Assembly: GCF_036321535.1 (NCBI RefSeq)
Contig: NC_087437.1
Span: 122,204,001-122,268,000, forward strand
Reading direction: 5' to 3'
DNA from: Camelus dromedarius
Lineage: Eukaryota
DNA: 64,000 nucleotides
Below are positions 13,700 to 43,014 of this stretch, one piece after another. Under the pieces are notes generated by a model that saw nothing but the letters and a program-made list of their open reading frames with translations, was not told the origin of the DNA and ran no database searches. A program made the translations under genes and the position numbers. Within the stretch, counting starts at the first letter, position 1, and each line of letters starts with the position of its first letter.

Positions 13700-14530
13700 G
13701 GCAGGTCGTGCGCAAGGGGAGCACGGGGAGGGGACGCCGGGCGGGAGGACCCTGCAGCCGGGGCTGCTCCTCCGAGGTCTGAGTGAGTGACGAGTCGGAG
13801 GCGCCCCAGACCCCGGAATAGACGTCCCAGGGGGCGGGCAGCAGGCAGCAGGGACGTCAAGTCCCAGTCCGAGCAGCGGCCAGGGCTGGGAGGGGTTCGG
13901 ACCTCGCAGGGACGCCTGGCGGCAGGGGGCTCTCCCGGCCCCCCGAGCGCCCCGTCCCGACCCGGCCCTTGCTCTCGCCGCACCCTGTTCCCTCGGGTAC
14001 CCTCCCGCCCCCGCCCCGCCGCCATCCGCGGGGCCGCAGCGCCGCCCGGTGGCCGCGGCGCCGGGGGGGGGGGGGGGAGGCGGGGGCGCGGGCGCGGGGT
14101 CGCGGGGGGCGGGGAGTAGGCGCGGCCCCTCCCTCCTGCCCACTCGGCGCGGTCAGAGCCCGGAGCCTCCTCGCTGCGGACGGGTCCGGGAGGGTGCCCG
14201 ACGCGCGGTCAGGTAAGGCCCGGGCAGCGCCGCCCCGCTCGGCGCCGGGATGCGGCCACTCGGCTTGGACTGCCGCTCGCCCTGTGGGGCCCTGCCCGCC
14301 GGGTGGCCCCCATTTCCACCCCGACCCTCGCTTGGGCTCCCCAACGTCCGCGCCCGGGAAGTGGCGCGAGGGCCGTCCGCTGTCCCCTCCTCTCCTGGGG
14401 CCGAGCTGGGCCCCCTGCCTGGCGCTGAGACTGCGGGCCGTCCGCCCTCCCTGCCCAGGTCCCCGGTCTGCCGCCGGACCCGTGGCCGCTTCTGGGAGCT
14501 TCGACTCTGTCTCTGGCCCGGGGACACCTT
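13700..14530 (+). promoter_or_regulatory. COL6A2: CpG island / TATA-less COL6A2 promoter
   Basis: Very dense CpG, several GC boxes (GGGCGG/CCGCCC) and a G15 run at 14063-14077, directly 5' of the exon 1 donor. Confidence 0.85.
14140..14212 (+). other. COL6A2: COL6A2 non-coding exon 1 (start approximate)
   Basis: actcggcgc...ggagcctcctcg resembles the human exon 1 leader; consensus donor CAG|gtaagg at 14213; intron 1 is ~11.1 kb to the acceptor at 25359. Confidence 0.75.
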
Positions 14531-16789
14531 CAGAGGTTGAGGAGCCCAACTCACCCCCATGGGATGGTCCCCCACGCTGGAAACTGGGCGCAGGGTCTCC
14601 AGTGCTGCTGGCCCCTCGCCTCCCGCTTGGGCCGGGAGGGAGCGGGTGTCCCTCCTCCTCCTGGGCCCTGGGCGGAGTGGCCCCTCGAATGCGCTCCCCA
14701 GGGACCAGCTTCCCAGCTGGGACAGCAGGGGAAGAAGAGCCTCTTGACAGCCAGAGGGACGGGTGAGGCGGACAGGGAGAGAGGGCAGGTCACACCCCAC
14801 CCATCCAGGACTGGACTCAGCAGGACCCCAGTTCCTCTGAGGCTGTTGGTGGCCCACGGGCATCTCCCCAGGTACCCCCCTGCAAAGTCAGCTGAGGGAG
14901 ACCAAGCTGGGGAGCTGGGGGGGGGGGGCGCAGGGAGTGCGGTGGGGGCCCAGCTGGCTGTGCCCGGCGGCTCCCCTGCTGGGCCGGCCCCACACCCACC
15001 CAGGAATCTTCACAGGGCTCAGCAGAGCGCCTACCGGGCCCAGCACCCACTGGGGGGTGGGGGGGTCAACTGCTGAGAGGCCTCTACTGGTACTAGCAAC
15101 AACAGAAAGGGCAGGGCGGGGGCCGGCGTGCCTGCCGCCCTGCCCTGCCCAGGGCCCGTGGAGGAGTGCTGCCCCATGCCAGCGAGGAGCCGACGGCTCC
15201 CACGCCCACACTCCCAGGCCACCCCACTGTCCCCAAGGAAAGGATGTCCCTTGTCGGTTGACACCCAACAAGAAGGAGGCTTGAGGTCCACAGATTTCCC
15301 TGGTTTTGGGGTGGTTTCCCCAGTAAAGGAGTTCTGGCCTGGAGGCCATCTTACACTGGGGGTTTATTCCCGCCTGCCTCATCAGAGCCAGGAGGCCAGA
15401 CGGGCACTTGGGGCTCCAAGGAGGTAAGTTATCTGCCTTCCTACCATCATTTGGAGACAGAAGAGCAGGGCTGGAGAGAAGGCCTGTGCCCCCAGGACAT
15501 AGGTGGCTCGAGGGGCTGGACACAGGGGCCCAGGTGTGTCCCCTCAGCAGGACATGGTTCTCAGGGGCCACTGGGCCCTCTGGCCACTGAGAAGCTGCTG
15601 CCTGAGAGTGAGCTGGGAGGCCTGTGAGGGCGGCAGCAGGCCTGGGGCAGCAGTGGGGCATGTCTACGCTGGAAGCCACGGGACGGTGACATCCAGGAGG
15701 AAAGCTGGGCTCAGGCCACTGAGTCACCTGTCGGTGGGGCTCGGGCCCCTGCGCCAGGCAGTGCACTTCCACACCCAGCGGTGACCCTGCATGACCAGCC
15801 AGCGCAGGCAGCTTTGTTTGAGGGGAGGGGCCCACTAAGGTCCCTCGGAGGTCGTGGGGAGCCACGGGCAGCAGGAGGCCTTCAGACAGCTCCCTGGAAG
15901 GGTCTAGGGCCCAGGAAAAGGAGCTGGACCCGAGGGTGTTCCCGGGGCTGCAGGGGAGGGTGTGGGCTGAGCCCGTGCCCTCACTGTAGGAGGGGAGCAG
16001 GCTCAGGAGCCGCAGCCCTCTTAGCACCAGGGCCACCCGGGGCTCCAGGCGCTCAAGTGCAAGTAGACCGTGTTCGTAGCCCCAAGTGCTTTATGATGCT
16101 GGAAAACCTAGCTCTTGTGATTAACTCAAGAAAAACTCAAATAGCTTGATTCTTTCCCACGTTCCAATGGGTCGGTCCTCCCTGCAGTTTCTTTCAAACG
16201 TCTGTGCAAAGCCATGGGACCCTGGTGTGGGGCACACTGGTACCGAAGCCGGGCTCATGGAGTGCTGCTTACTGGGAGCTGGGGGAGCCTGACCCCCGCC
16301 TGGAGCACATGTTGGGCTTGGGCCATATCTCACAGCTACGTTCTCCAAGAGCCGGACGCGCACCTGCCCAGGAGGTCTGAACACGTCAGCACCTGAGCCA
16401 CACCGGTGGGCAGCCTCTGGGGGCCCGTTGTAGATCCTGTAAGGAGCCCATGGAGGGCAGGGATCCCAGTTGTGAGGGGCCTCTGCTCCTCGGAGAGCAG
16501 AGTCCAGGTCAGAATTTCTGAAAAGTGTCAAGGCTCCCAGGCGTGTGGTCAGAGCCATTGGAGGCATGGGCCTGGCTCCGGCACTGTGGGTGGCGCCGCC
16601 GCCGTGCTTCAGTGCTGGCCAGTTGCGTGGGGCGGTGCGAGCTGATCTGTCTGCGTGTCCCTGGTGTCTGTGCAGTTTGACCACCGACCATTTGTACTGT
16701 TGCTTGTTTCCTGATTATGACTGCCCTGCGTTCCTAATGAGAGATCATTTTTTACTAATTTGTAAGAGGGTTTTTTCCCTCATTTTTAA

Positions 16790-18840
16790 AAATTATGCTT
16801 GAATACACGTAACACAAAATTTGCCATCTTAACCAGTCTTAAGTGCACAGCTCACTGGGGCTAAGTGCACTCGTATTTTTGTGCTACCATCACCGCCATC
16901 CAGCTCCGGAACGCTTTCCTTGTTGCAGAACTGAAACTGTCCCTTTAAACACCAGCTCCCCAGCTCCTGGCAGCCACCATTCTACTTTCTGTCTCTGTGA
17001 TGTCTGAGATACTCTAAGTACTTCATATAAGTGAATCATATAGTACTTGCCTTTTTGTGACTGGCTTATTTCACTCAGCATAATGTCCTCAAGGTTTATC
17101 CATGTCATAGTGTGTGTCAGAATTTCCTTCTTTTTTAAGGCAGAATAATATTCCATTGTGTGGATGGACCACATTATGCTTATCCATTCATCCATCAATG
17201 GACACTTGGATTGCTTCCACATTTTAGCTAGAGTGAGTAATACTACTGTGAACAGGGTGTATACCTAGCTCTTTGAGACCCACTTTCAATTCTTTTGAGT
17301 ATGTATTTTCCCAGAAGTAGAATTGCTGGATCATATGGTAGTTCTATTTTTATTTTTTTGAGGAACCACTATACTGTTTTCCATACAGCTGTCATTTTAC
17401 ATTCCCACCAAAAATTCCAGTTTCCCCTTATCCTCTCCAACATTTGTTGTTTTCTGGTTTTTGGTACTATCCATCCTAATGGGTATGAGGTGGTATCTCA
17501 CTGTAATTTTGGCTTGCATTTCCCTAGTGACTTAGTGATGCTGAGCACCTTTCCTGTGATGCTTTTAGTCTCTCACCATTGAGTATGATGTTTGCTATGG
17601 GATTTTCATATATGGCTTTTATTATACTGAGCTAGTGTCCATCTATTCCCAGTTTGTTGAGTTTTTTAATCATGAAAGGACATTGAATTTTATCAAAAGG
17701 TTTTTCTGCATCAACTGAAATGGTCATGTGGGCTGTTCCTTCACTCTGTTAATGTGGTGTGTTACATTAATTGATCTTCATATATTAAACTATCACTGCA
17801 TTCCAGGAATAAATCCCACTTGGTCGTGATGTTTAGTACTTTTTCTATCCTGTTTAATTCTGTTTGCTAATATTTTGTTAAGGATTTTTATATCCACGTT
17901 GATAAGGGATATTAGCCTGCAGCTTTCTTTTCTTGTAGTGCCTTTGTCTGGCTTTAATACCAGGGTAACCCTGTCCTCATAGGGTGAGTTTGGGGATACT
18001 CCCTCCTCTTCAGTTTTTTGGAAAAGGTTGAGCAGTATTCGTATTAGTTCTAACTTTAAATGATCTGAAGAATTCACCAGGGCTTTTCTTTGTCAGGAGA
18101 TTTTCAATTACTGATTCAATCTCCTCAGTAGTTATAGGTCAATTCAGAATTTCTATTTCTTCGTGGTTTTGTCTTTGCCAATTTTGTGTTTCTGGGAATT
18201 TGTCCATTCCATCTAGGTTATCTGATTGGCTGTTGCACAACTGGTCACAGTGCTCTCACATAATTCTTATTTCTGTGCAATCAGTAGTGATTTCCCACCT
18301 TCATTTCTGATGTTGGTAACTTGAATCTCCTTTCTTTTTCCCTTAGCCCATCGAGCTAAAGGTATGTCGATGTTGATCTTTCTGAAGAACCAACTTTTGG
18401 TTTCATTGGTTTACTCTGTTGGTTTTCTATTAACCGTTTCATTGATCTTTGCTGTAATTGCTATTATTCCCTTCCTTCTACTAGCTGTTTCGTTTCTTCT
18501 TCTTTTTCTAGTTCCTCAAGCTGTAGAGTTAGGTTGCTGACTTGAGCTCTTTCTTGTTTTTTAATGTAAACCTTTATGACTGTAACTTGCTCCTTCACGC
18601 TGCTCCTGCTGTGTTTCTTGCATTTTCGTGTGACTTGTTTTCACATTTAGTAGTCTCTGAATTATCTTCTAATTTCCTTTGTGATTCCTCTTTGGCCTAT
18701 TGGTTGTTTAAGAGTGCATTGTTTAATTTCCACAATTCTGTGAATTTTCCAGTTTTCCTTCTGTTATTGATGCCTAACATCATCCCGTTGTAATCAGAGA
18801 AAATACTTTTATGATACTTTCTTTTAAAATCTATTGAGGC
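16790..18840 (-). mobile_element. LINE-1 3' end plus ORF2 fragment (COL6A2 intron 1)
   Basis: Minus-strand ORFs MWKQSKCPLMDEWI...MEYYSALKK...LEDIMLSEISQSQK and ...[23 protein letters not shown]...[12 protein letters not shown] are L1 ORF2 signatures. Confidence 0.92.
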
Positions 18841-18984
18841 TGCCATTGTTATTACACTTCTCCCTGTCATTGCCAGCTGCTCCCTCTCTGGCTGAGTTGA
18901 CTTCCAGGGGATTTAAAGGGTTGGTATCTTTTTTCTTTCATTCATTTTTCTCTTTCTCTCCTTCTGGGAGCCAGACATTGAAGA

Positions 18985-21900
18985 CTATGATGTTTAAAAG
19001 CAACTGTATATAGAAGGAAAATTAGACAGGCACTGCCCAAGCTCAGGGGAAGGTGCAGGCTCAGAAAAGACGTGAGAAAACCTTACAGTCACTCCTCAGG
19101 CTGATCCTTGGCACAGAGACAGCCTACAGTGATCAAAAACAAAAACTAACAGACCAACAAAAAATCAAAAACAGCAAGCCCTGGGGAAGAGGAAGAATCT
19201 GATTTGCAGATGTGACCATTTTAGATTCAAATGTCCAATTTTTAACAACAACAACACCTCAAAAAGCAAACAAAGGAACAGGAAAATATGGCCCATTCAA
19301 AGGAAAAAATATAAACCAGCAGAAACAGTCCCTGAAAAAGACCTGATGATGGATGGACTAGACAACGACTTTAACACAAGCATCTTAAAGATGCTGAAGG
19401 ATCTAAGGAAGATGTGGAGAAAGTCAAGAAAATAATGTATGAACAAAACAGAAATATAAATAAAGAGATAGAAAGCCTAGATAGAATCCAAAAAGAAATA
19501 TTGTAGCTGAAGGCTACAGTAACTTTTAGTTTTTCATTAGAGGGATTCAAAGGCCAATTTGAGCAGACAGGAGAAAGGGTCAGTGAAGTAGAAGATAAAA
19601 CAATGGAAATTATTGAGTCTGAGGAACAGAAAGAAAAAAGATTAAAGAAAAGTGCACAGAGCTTAAAGGACCTGCATACATGTTTTGGAAGTCCCAGAAG
19701 GAGAAGAGAGAGAAAGGGGCAGAGGGGATGTGTGAAGAAACTTCCCAGATTTGATGGATGACATGAACATAAACATCCAAGACAAGTAGGGTGAACTTAA
19801 AGAGACACTGATGCACATTGTGACCAAACTGTCAAAAGACAAAGACAAAGAGAATTTAGGAATCAGCAAGAGAGAAGTGACTCGTCACATCCAAGGGCTC
19901 CTCAATAAGATTATCAGATTTCTCATCAGAAACTTTGGAGACCAGAGGCAGTGGGCTGATATATCAAACTGTTAAAAGGAAAAAAAGAAGTCACCCAAAA
20001 GTTCTATATTCAGCAAAACTGTCCCCCAAAAGTGAGGGCAAAATGAAAACATTCTCAGATATACAAAAGCTGAAGGAGTTCATGCCCACTAGACCTGCCC
20101 TGTAAGAAATGCTCAGAAGAGCCCTGCAGGTGAGATGAAAGGACACTAGACAGCAAATTGAAGGCATATGAATATCTCAGTGACGGTAAATACGTGAACA
20201 GTTATAAAAGCCATTGTTACTATTATTGTTGTTGTTGTTGTTATTGTAACAATGGTTTGTAACTCTACTTTTTTTCTACATAATTTGAGAGACTAGTACT
20301 TAAAAAAACTAATATTAATCTAATATATACTCAAGAGTGGAATTGCTGTATCATATGGTAAGTCTATTTTTAGGTTTTTGAGACACCTCCATACTGTTTT
20401 CCACAGTGGCTGCACCAATGTACATCCCCATCAGCAGTGTAGGAGGGCTTCCTTTTCTCCACATCCTCGGCAACATTTGTTATTTGTTTTCTTTTTGAGG
20501 ACAGCCATTCTGACAGGTGTGAGGTGCTATTGCATCGTGGCTTTGATTTGCAGTTCCCTGATGATTAGCAGAGTTGAGAATCTTTTCCTGTGCCTGTTGG
20601 CCATCTTTATTTCCTCTTTGGAAAAACGTCTATTCAGTTCTTCTGCCCATTTTTTAATCTAGTTGTCTGTGTTTTTGATGTTGAGTTGTATGAGCTGTTT
20701 ATATATGTTGGATATTAATCCCTTTTCTGTCGCATCATTTGCAAATATTTTCTCAGTAGGTTATCTTTTCATTTTGTCAATGGTTTTCTTTGCTGTGCAA
20801 AAGCTTTTGAGTTTAATTAGGTCTCATTTATTTATTTTTGCTCTTACTTCCTTTGCTTTAGGAGACAGATCCAAAAATTTTTTGCTACAATCTTTGTCAA
20901 AGAGTGCTCTATGTTTTCCTCTAGGAGTTTCATGCTGTCTGGTCCTACTCTTAGGTCTTTAATCCATTTTGAGTCTATTTTTGTGTATGGTGTTAGAGAA
21001 TGTTCTCATTTCATGCTTTCGCAGGCAGCTGTCCAGCTCTCCCAGCACCACTTGTTGAAGAGCCTGTCTTTTCTCCATTGCGTATGCTCGCCTCCTTTGT
21101 CGTAGGTTAATTGACCATAAGTGTGTGGGTTTAGTACTGGGCTCTCTATCCTGTTCCTTTGATCTATGTGTCTTTTTGTGTCCTTAACCTACTGTTCTGA
21201 TTCCTGGAGCTTTGTACTATAGTCTGAAGTCCTCCAGCTCTGTTCTTCTTAAAGCTGGTATTATTGTAACTTTGGTTTACAACTCTACATTTTGTTTTCT
21301 ACATAATTTAAGGGATCAATGCATCAAAAATAATATTTGTTTATGTTTTTGGACACAAAATGTATACAAATGTAATTTTGTGACATCAATAACTGAAAGA
21401 GATGGGGAGGGAACTTTTTTGGTAATAAATATATGATAAAATTTATTTAAAAAGAAAAAGCAGAAAGCAAGGCACAATAATACAAATGTCAGGATGTCAG
21501 TTACTCTGGTGGGGTAGGCGGCATTTGGGACAGGAGAGGAGAACAAATAGACGTTTTAAAAAATAAATTGACTGGCAGAGAGAGCTTGTAAAGGAACAGT
21601 TTTTGTATGTTATTGAAGTTAAGCTGGTTTAAATTCAAGTTGGAGTGTTACAACTTGAGGATGTCAAGTGCAATCCCATGGTAACCGCAAAGAAAGTACC
21701 TAAAGAATAAGCACAGAAAGACGTGAGGGAGGGATTTACATGTTTTAGTACGAGAACCAACTACACACAAAAGAAGACGGTGATTCAGGAAATGAACAAA
21801 AAAGCTACAAAGTGTATAGAAAACAAATAGCAAAACATCAGAAATAAGCCTCCTTGTCAGTTATTACTTTAATTGTAAATGGATTACACTCTGCAATCAA

Positions 21901-22190
21901 AAGACGGAGACTGGCAGTATGGACTTAAGAAAACAAGGTCCAGCTATATGCTGTCTACAGGACAGTCAGACCCAAAGACACAAAGAGGCTGACAGTGAGA
22001 GGATGGAAAATGTCACTGTGCAAATAGGAAGCAGAGGAGAGCAGGGGTAGCTGTACTAATACCAGGCAAACCGGGCTTCCAATCAAAAGGGTTACAAGAC
22101 ACTAAGAAGGTCATTATGTGTTAATGCAGAATTTAAAACAACAAAAGTATACTGCAGATGTGAACATCTACACACTTAATAACAGGCCAT
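18985..22190 (+). mobile_element. Old L1 (5'/ORF1/inter-ORF/ORF2 start), interrupted by a younger L1
   Basis: ORF1-like (gatttctcatcagaaactttggagaccagaggcagtgg) and endonuclease-start (aatggattacactctgcaatcaaaaga...ctatatgctgtctacagga) motifs. Confidence 0.85.
20326..21245 (-). mobile_element. Younger L1 ORF2 3' fragment nested in the older L1
   Basis: Less degraded antisense L1 (ccatactgttttccacagtggctgcacc...tttgctgtgcaaaagctttt...cagcaccacttgttgaag). Confidence 0.85.
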
Positions 22191-22299
22191 GGAAATTTTA
22201 ACCCTTAAGAATGTGAGAGCTTGGCCATGCATCGGGTTGCCCGGCTCCTGGTCTGTGTCCGCTCTGCCCGTGTTGCTTTGTTGTAATGAAAGCCATACG

Positions 22300-22490
22300 T
22301 GGGAGCCCAGTTATCAAGCGTCTGGGCTCAGAACGATGGTGCCTGGGTTAGCCGAGCACCTGGGACAAGTTACGCAGCTTGGTCTCAGTTTCCACATCTG
22401 TGAAATGGGTTATAATAGTACCAATGTCTGAGGGCTGTTGTGAAGGTTAAAAGAAAAGATGTAGCCTAGTGTCTGGTGCAGAGTAATCAC
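22300..22490 (+). mobile_element. MIR SINE core
   Basis: gggacaagttac...ctcagtttccacatctgtgaaatgggttataatagtacc...gggctgttgtgaaggttaaa. Confidence 0.75.
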
Positions 22491-23548
22491 AGAAGACATT
22501 TCATTGTCATTTCATCTTTTCTAGTTTCTTCAAAGATTTTTTGGTCCATGTTTTGTACCTCGTCTCGAGAGATGAGACCACTTTCCCAGAAAATGGTCTT
22601 TCACATTTATTAGCTTAGAACTGCACTTGGTGTGCTCTTAAAAACCAACGACAATAAAAACCCTCCTCATCTGTCATTATTTTACTCATTCTTACATTTG
22701 TTTATTTCCATATTTGTGCTTTATCGTTTTTATTCTTGCTTAGACTTTTTTTTTCTCTTACTGGCTTTTTCAAAAAGCCAGCTCTCAAATATATTTATTA
22801 TTCTACTGTGAGTTTTTTAAACCAGTCGGTTTATTTTTCACTACTTTCTCTCTCCTGCTTTCCTGAGATTTATCTTGTTAAATTTTTTTGTCCCTAGTGT
22901 CTTTAACTACATGCCAAATTTGTTACACTAATTTTTTATTTTGTAACAAAAAACATTTAAGGCTACATACTTTCTTCTGATTATAGTTTTGGCCCTATAC
23001 CCTACTTGTTACTGTCAAAATTTTATAAAACACGACTTCCAATTCTGTTTTTTTATGTGATCTGTCAGTATCTTTAAAAGATGAGTTAAAATTTTCTACT
23101 ATGATTGCAGTTTGTCAGTTTTTTCTTTGATTTTTCACAGATTTTGCTTTATATGTATTGTGACGTTAAGTACATAAAGATTTATAATTGGATTGCAGCA
23201 GCCTTTATCTTTTCCTGGGCCCCATCCCTCATCCTTCTGTCTTAAATTCCGGGGTCTCAGCAACACTGCCCCCTTCCTCTCCGTTTGCGTCCATCCCTCC
23301 CCACTCCACTCTCTTTGCATCATCTGTGACTTTCTTTTTGAAGTGTGATCCCACAAACCTCATCCAGATGAATTTCGTTTTTTGACCCAATTCAGAGATG
23401 TTTGTCTTTATAGTAGAATTTAAGCCATTCACCCTTATTTTCACAGTGATCTACATGATATTTCTGGCTTTTGATTTTATGCTTCCTGGCTCTTTTCCCT
23501 TCATACATTTTACTGTATTTCTCAAGTTTCTTTGCTTTTTGTTTATTT

Positions 23549-23692
23549 GTTTGGGGGGTGAGTAATTAGATTTCTCTTTCTTTCCTTCTTTTTCTTCCTT
23601 CCTTCCATCCTTTTAATGGAGGTGCTGGGGACTGAACCCATGACCTCATGCATACTATGCACACACTCAGCCACTGAGCTGTACCCTCTCCC
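23549..23692 (-). mobile_element. tRNA-derived SINE (Vic-1-like) with 28-bp flanking direct repeats
   Basis: Minus strand: gggagagggtacagctcagtggctgagtg...catgaggtcatgggttcagtccccagcacctcc (A/B boxes). Identical flanks at 23521-23548 and 23693-23720. Confidence 0.85.
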
Positions 23693-23914
23693 CTCAAGTT
23701 TCTTTGCTTTTTGTTTATTTTTATTCATTTCCCTACTGTTTGCAGAAATTCCTTGCAGAATTTTTTTTACCATTTAGGTGGCATGGATCTGAGCTCATTT
23801 ACATCTGAGATGTTTATCCTTGTACCTGAAAGATAAGGTGGATGGGGAGACATCCTTGGGTCATTTTGTTTTCCTGTTGAAATTTGAAATTATTGTCTCA
23901 CTGTCTTCTTTCTA

Positions 23915-24200
23915 CAATGATTTATTGCTGTGTAATAAAGTACCCCAAATTTAGTGATTTAAAACAATAAGCATTTACTTTCTCATAATTCATTCAGGTC
24001 AGGAATTCAGGAGAGGCTTAGCTGGGTGGCTCTAGCTCAGGGTCTGTCATGAGGTGCAGTCAAGACATTGGCCAGGGCCGTGGTCCTCTAAAGTCTTGGC
24101 TGGAGGGGCAGGTTTCCGCAGGGTCGAGGGGCATCTCCAGGAAAACTGCACCAAAGTGCCTCTGACACCTCTGCTCCCCACAAAGCCCTCCAGGCGCCTC
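23915..24200 (-). mobile_element. MLT1-family LTR fragment
   Basis: ttgctgtgtaataaagtaccccaaatttagtgatttaaaacaat...ggtcaggaattcagg...gcttagctgggtgg. Confidence 0.7.
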
Positions 24201-24713
24201 CTGTCTCCCAGCTGTGCGAGGGCTCCCGCTGCCCGCCGGCGGGGCTCCGGGCCCAGTGGGGCTGCAGCTGCAGCTGCAGCAGGTTCTCCCTCTGTCCCAG
24301 GGGCTCCCGGGGGCAGCAGAGTGGGTATGAGAACCAGGTCGCAGGGTCCCCACCGGAACAGCACGGCATCAGTCGCCTCCCTCACCTTCCACAGAGGGTC
24401 CCCCTGCCCCTCACACCTGGCACTCAGGGCCCAGCCACCCCACCCACGCCTCGAGGTCCTCTCCCTGCATCTGTCTGGACACAGCATCAGACCCCATGGA
24501 GACATGCCAGGGCACAGTGACCGCTCTGGGAGGGGTCCCCTCCACCCCATGCAGCTGGCCCCACGTCTCCCAGCAAAGTGGGACTGGTACCCACTGCCTG
24601 CCAGCCCTGTCAGTATCCACCTGCAGGCCATTCCCCTCCCTAGTCAGCACAGTTCGGTTGGAAGGATAACTGGGGTCAAGCTTAAGGCAAGGCCCACCCC
24701 AGCCTGGGCCTGT

Positions 24714-25000
24714 CTCCTCTCCTGACGCCCCTCCTCCCCCGACACCCCTCTTCCCCTGACACTCCCTCCTCCCCCGACGCCCCTCCTCCCCCGACACCCC
24801 TCTTCCCCCGACACCCCTCTTCCCCTGACACTTCCTCCTCCCCCGACAATCCCTCCTCCCCTGACACCCCTCCTCCCCTGACGCTCCCTCCTCCCCGACG
24901 CCCCTCCTCCCCGACGCCCCTCCTCCCCCGACGCCCCTCCTCCCCGACACCCCTCCTCCTCTGACGCCCCTCCTCCTCTGACATCCTCCTCCCCTGATGC
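24714..25000. repeat. C-rich minisatellite, ~17-18 bp unit GACRCCCCTCCTCCCCY, ~16 copies
   Basis: Directly visible tandem units (ccctcctcccccgacacccctcttcccctgac...). Confidence 0.92.
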
Positions 25001-25387
25001 CCACCCCCAGGGCCCCCTCGCTGCTCTGTCATCACTGATGCCAGTCACTGGCTTTTCAGTGCCCAGAATGCTCCTGTCTGCCCAGTGCACCCAGGCTCTG
25101 CAGGGCAGGGAGGGGTCGTGAACATCCCACCCAAAACAGAGCCTGAAGCTCGCAGTCTCTGTACCCACTAAATTTTGTGGACCCCACCCAGGGCAGGGGG
25201 AGAGGGCGCCCCCCTGAGCCTACGTGCTGGCTGACCACTGTGCGTCCCGCCCCCACCATCTGGGGAGGAGGGCTCGAGGAGGAGGGCTTGGGGACGGGGA
25301 GGGGCGCGGTGATGTGTTGGTGAAGCACTGTCTGCAGCAGGCGCTCCTCCCTTTCGCAGGACATCAGGGTCCATGGGTGCTGCCAAG

Positions 25388-42164
<16,777 letters not shown>

Positions 42165-42661
42165 CCCCACCCCACCCCCCGCGCCCCGCCCTGCCCTCCC
42201 CCGCACGTCCGCCCCCCGCCCCCAGTCCCGCGGGCGCTGTCCTCCTGTCCGTGGTGCTACTCAGACCCCACTGAGAGGTCCAGCGCGGGGAGGACTGTCT
42301 CCTCACATGTGGGTGTAAAATCAGAAACAGAGGACCCCGCACCCCCCACTCGGGCTCCTGGCACCCTGGGCGCCGCCCAGCCCATATCCCTTCTCTGCAT
42401 CCACCCCTTGCCCACTCCCCACGCCCTCCCAGGACCCCAGAGGCTTCCTGGGGTTCACTGGGGGGCCCCATCTCCCTCAGCCAAGCCTCATTACCAGACT
42501 CGACCTCCCCTCTGGCGCCCTCCAGAGGCTCTCTGCTGGCCCCTCCAGCCCTCCTAGCCCTGCTCCCAGGTCTCCACTTCACCTCTGGGGGTTACCTTCC
42601 GCCATCAGACTCAGCTGTGACAGCAGACCCTGCATGCCCCTGTGTGCACACACCCCAGTCC

Positions 42662-42667
42662 AATAAA
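42662..42667 (+). terminator. COL6A2: COL6A2 polyadenylation signal AATAAA
   Basis: AATAAA ~500 nt after the TAG stop. Confidence 0.85.
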
Positions 42668-43014
42668 GGCTTTGAAACCCCTCTTGCTCCCCGGCTTCCA
42701 AGTGTCTGTGCCAAGGGGTTGCTGAGGCCATGCAATTAATCCCCAGGACTGATCATACCCCCGGGACCCCCCAGTTGCTTTGTGCACCCAGATGTGCCAA
42801 GCCTGGCCTCCTGTCCTTCCAGGCAGGTGCTGCCTCCAGGCACTGGCCACCACACCCTCAAGGGTACAAACTGGACAGTATCAACTCTGGACTCCACCTT
42901 TGTCCAGTTGGCTTTGAGCTGAAAACAATGTACTTGGTTAGTGGAGTCTCTGTCTGTCCCCAAACCAGCGCCAGAGCACTTTAGGGATGTGGGTGGTTTG
43001 CATGAGGAAATTTT

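Noticed and set aside
13622..16036. Long ORFs (230-382 aa) over the CpG island and proximal intron 1
   Set aside because: Pro/Gly/Arg/Ala-rich products open in several frames on both strands; stop-codon depletion, not genes.
16890..18077. Reverse-transcriptase/L1 ORF2-like peptides
   Set aside because: Short, disrupted fragments of dead L1 copies; no intact element.
24411..25168. RGG-like and EEG-repeat ORFs on the minus strand
   Set aside because: They are translations of the minisatellite in all three frames.
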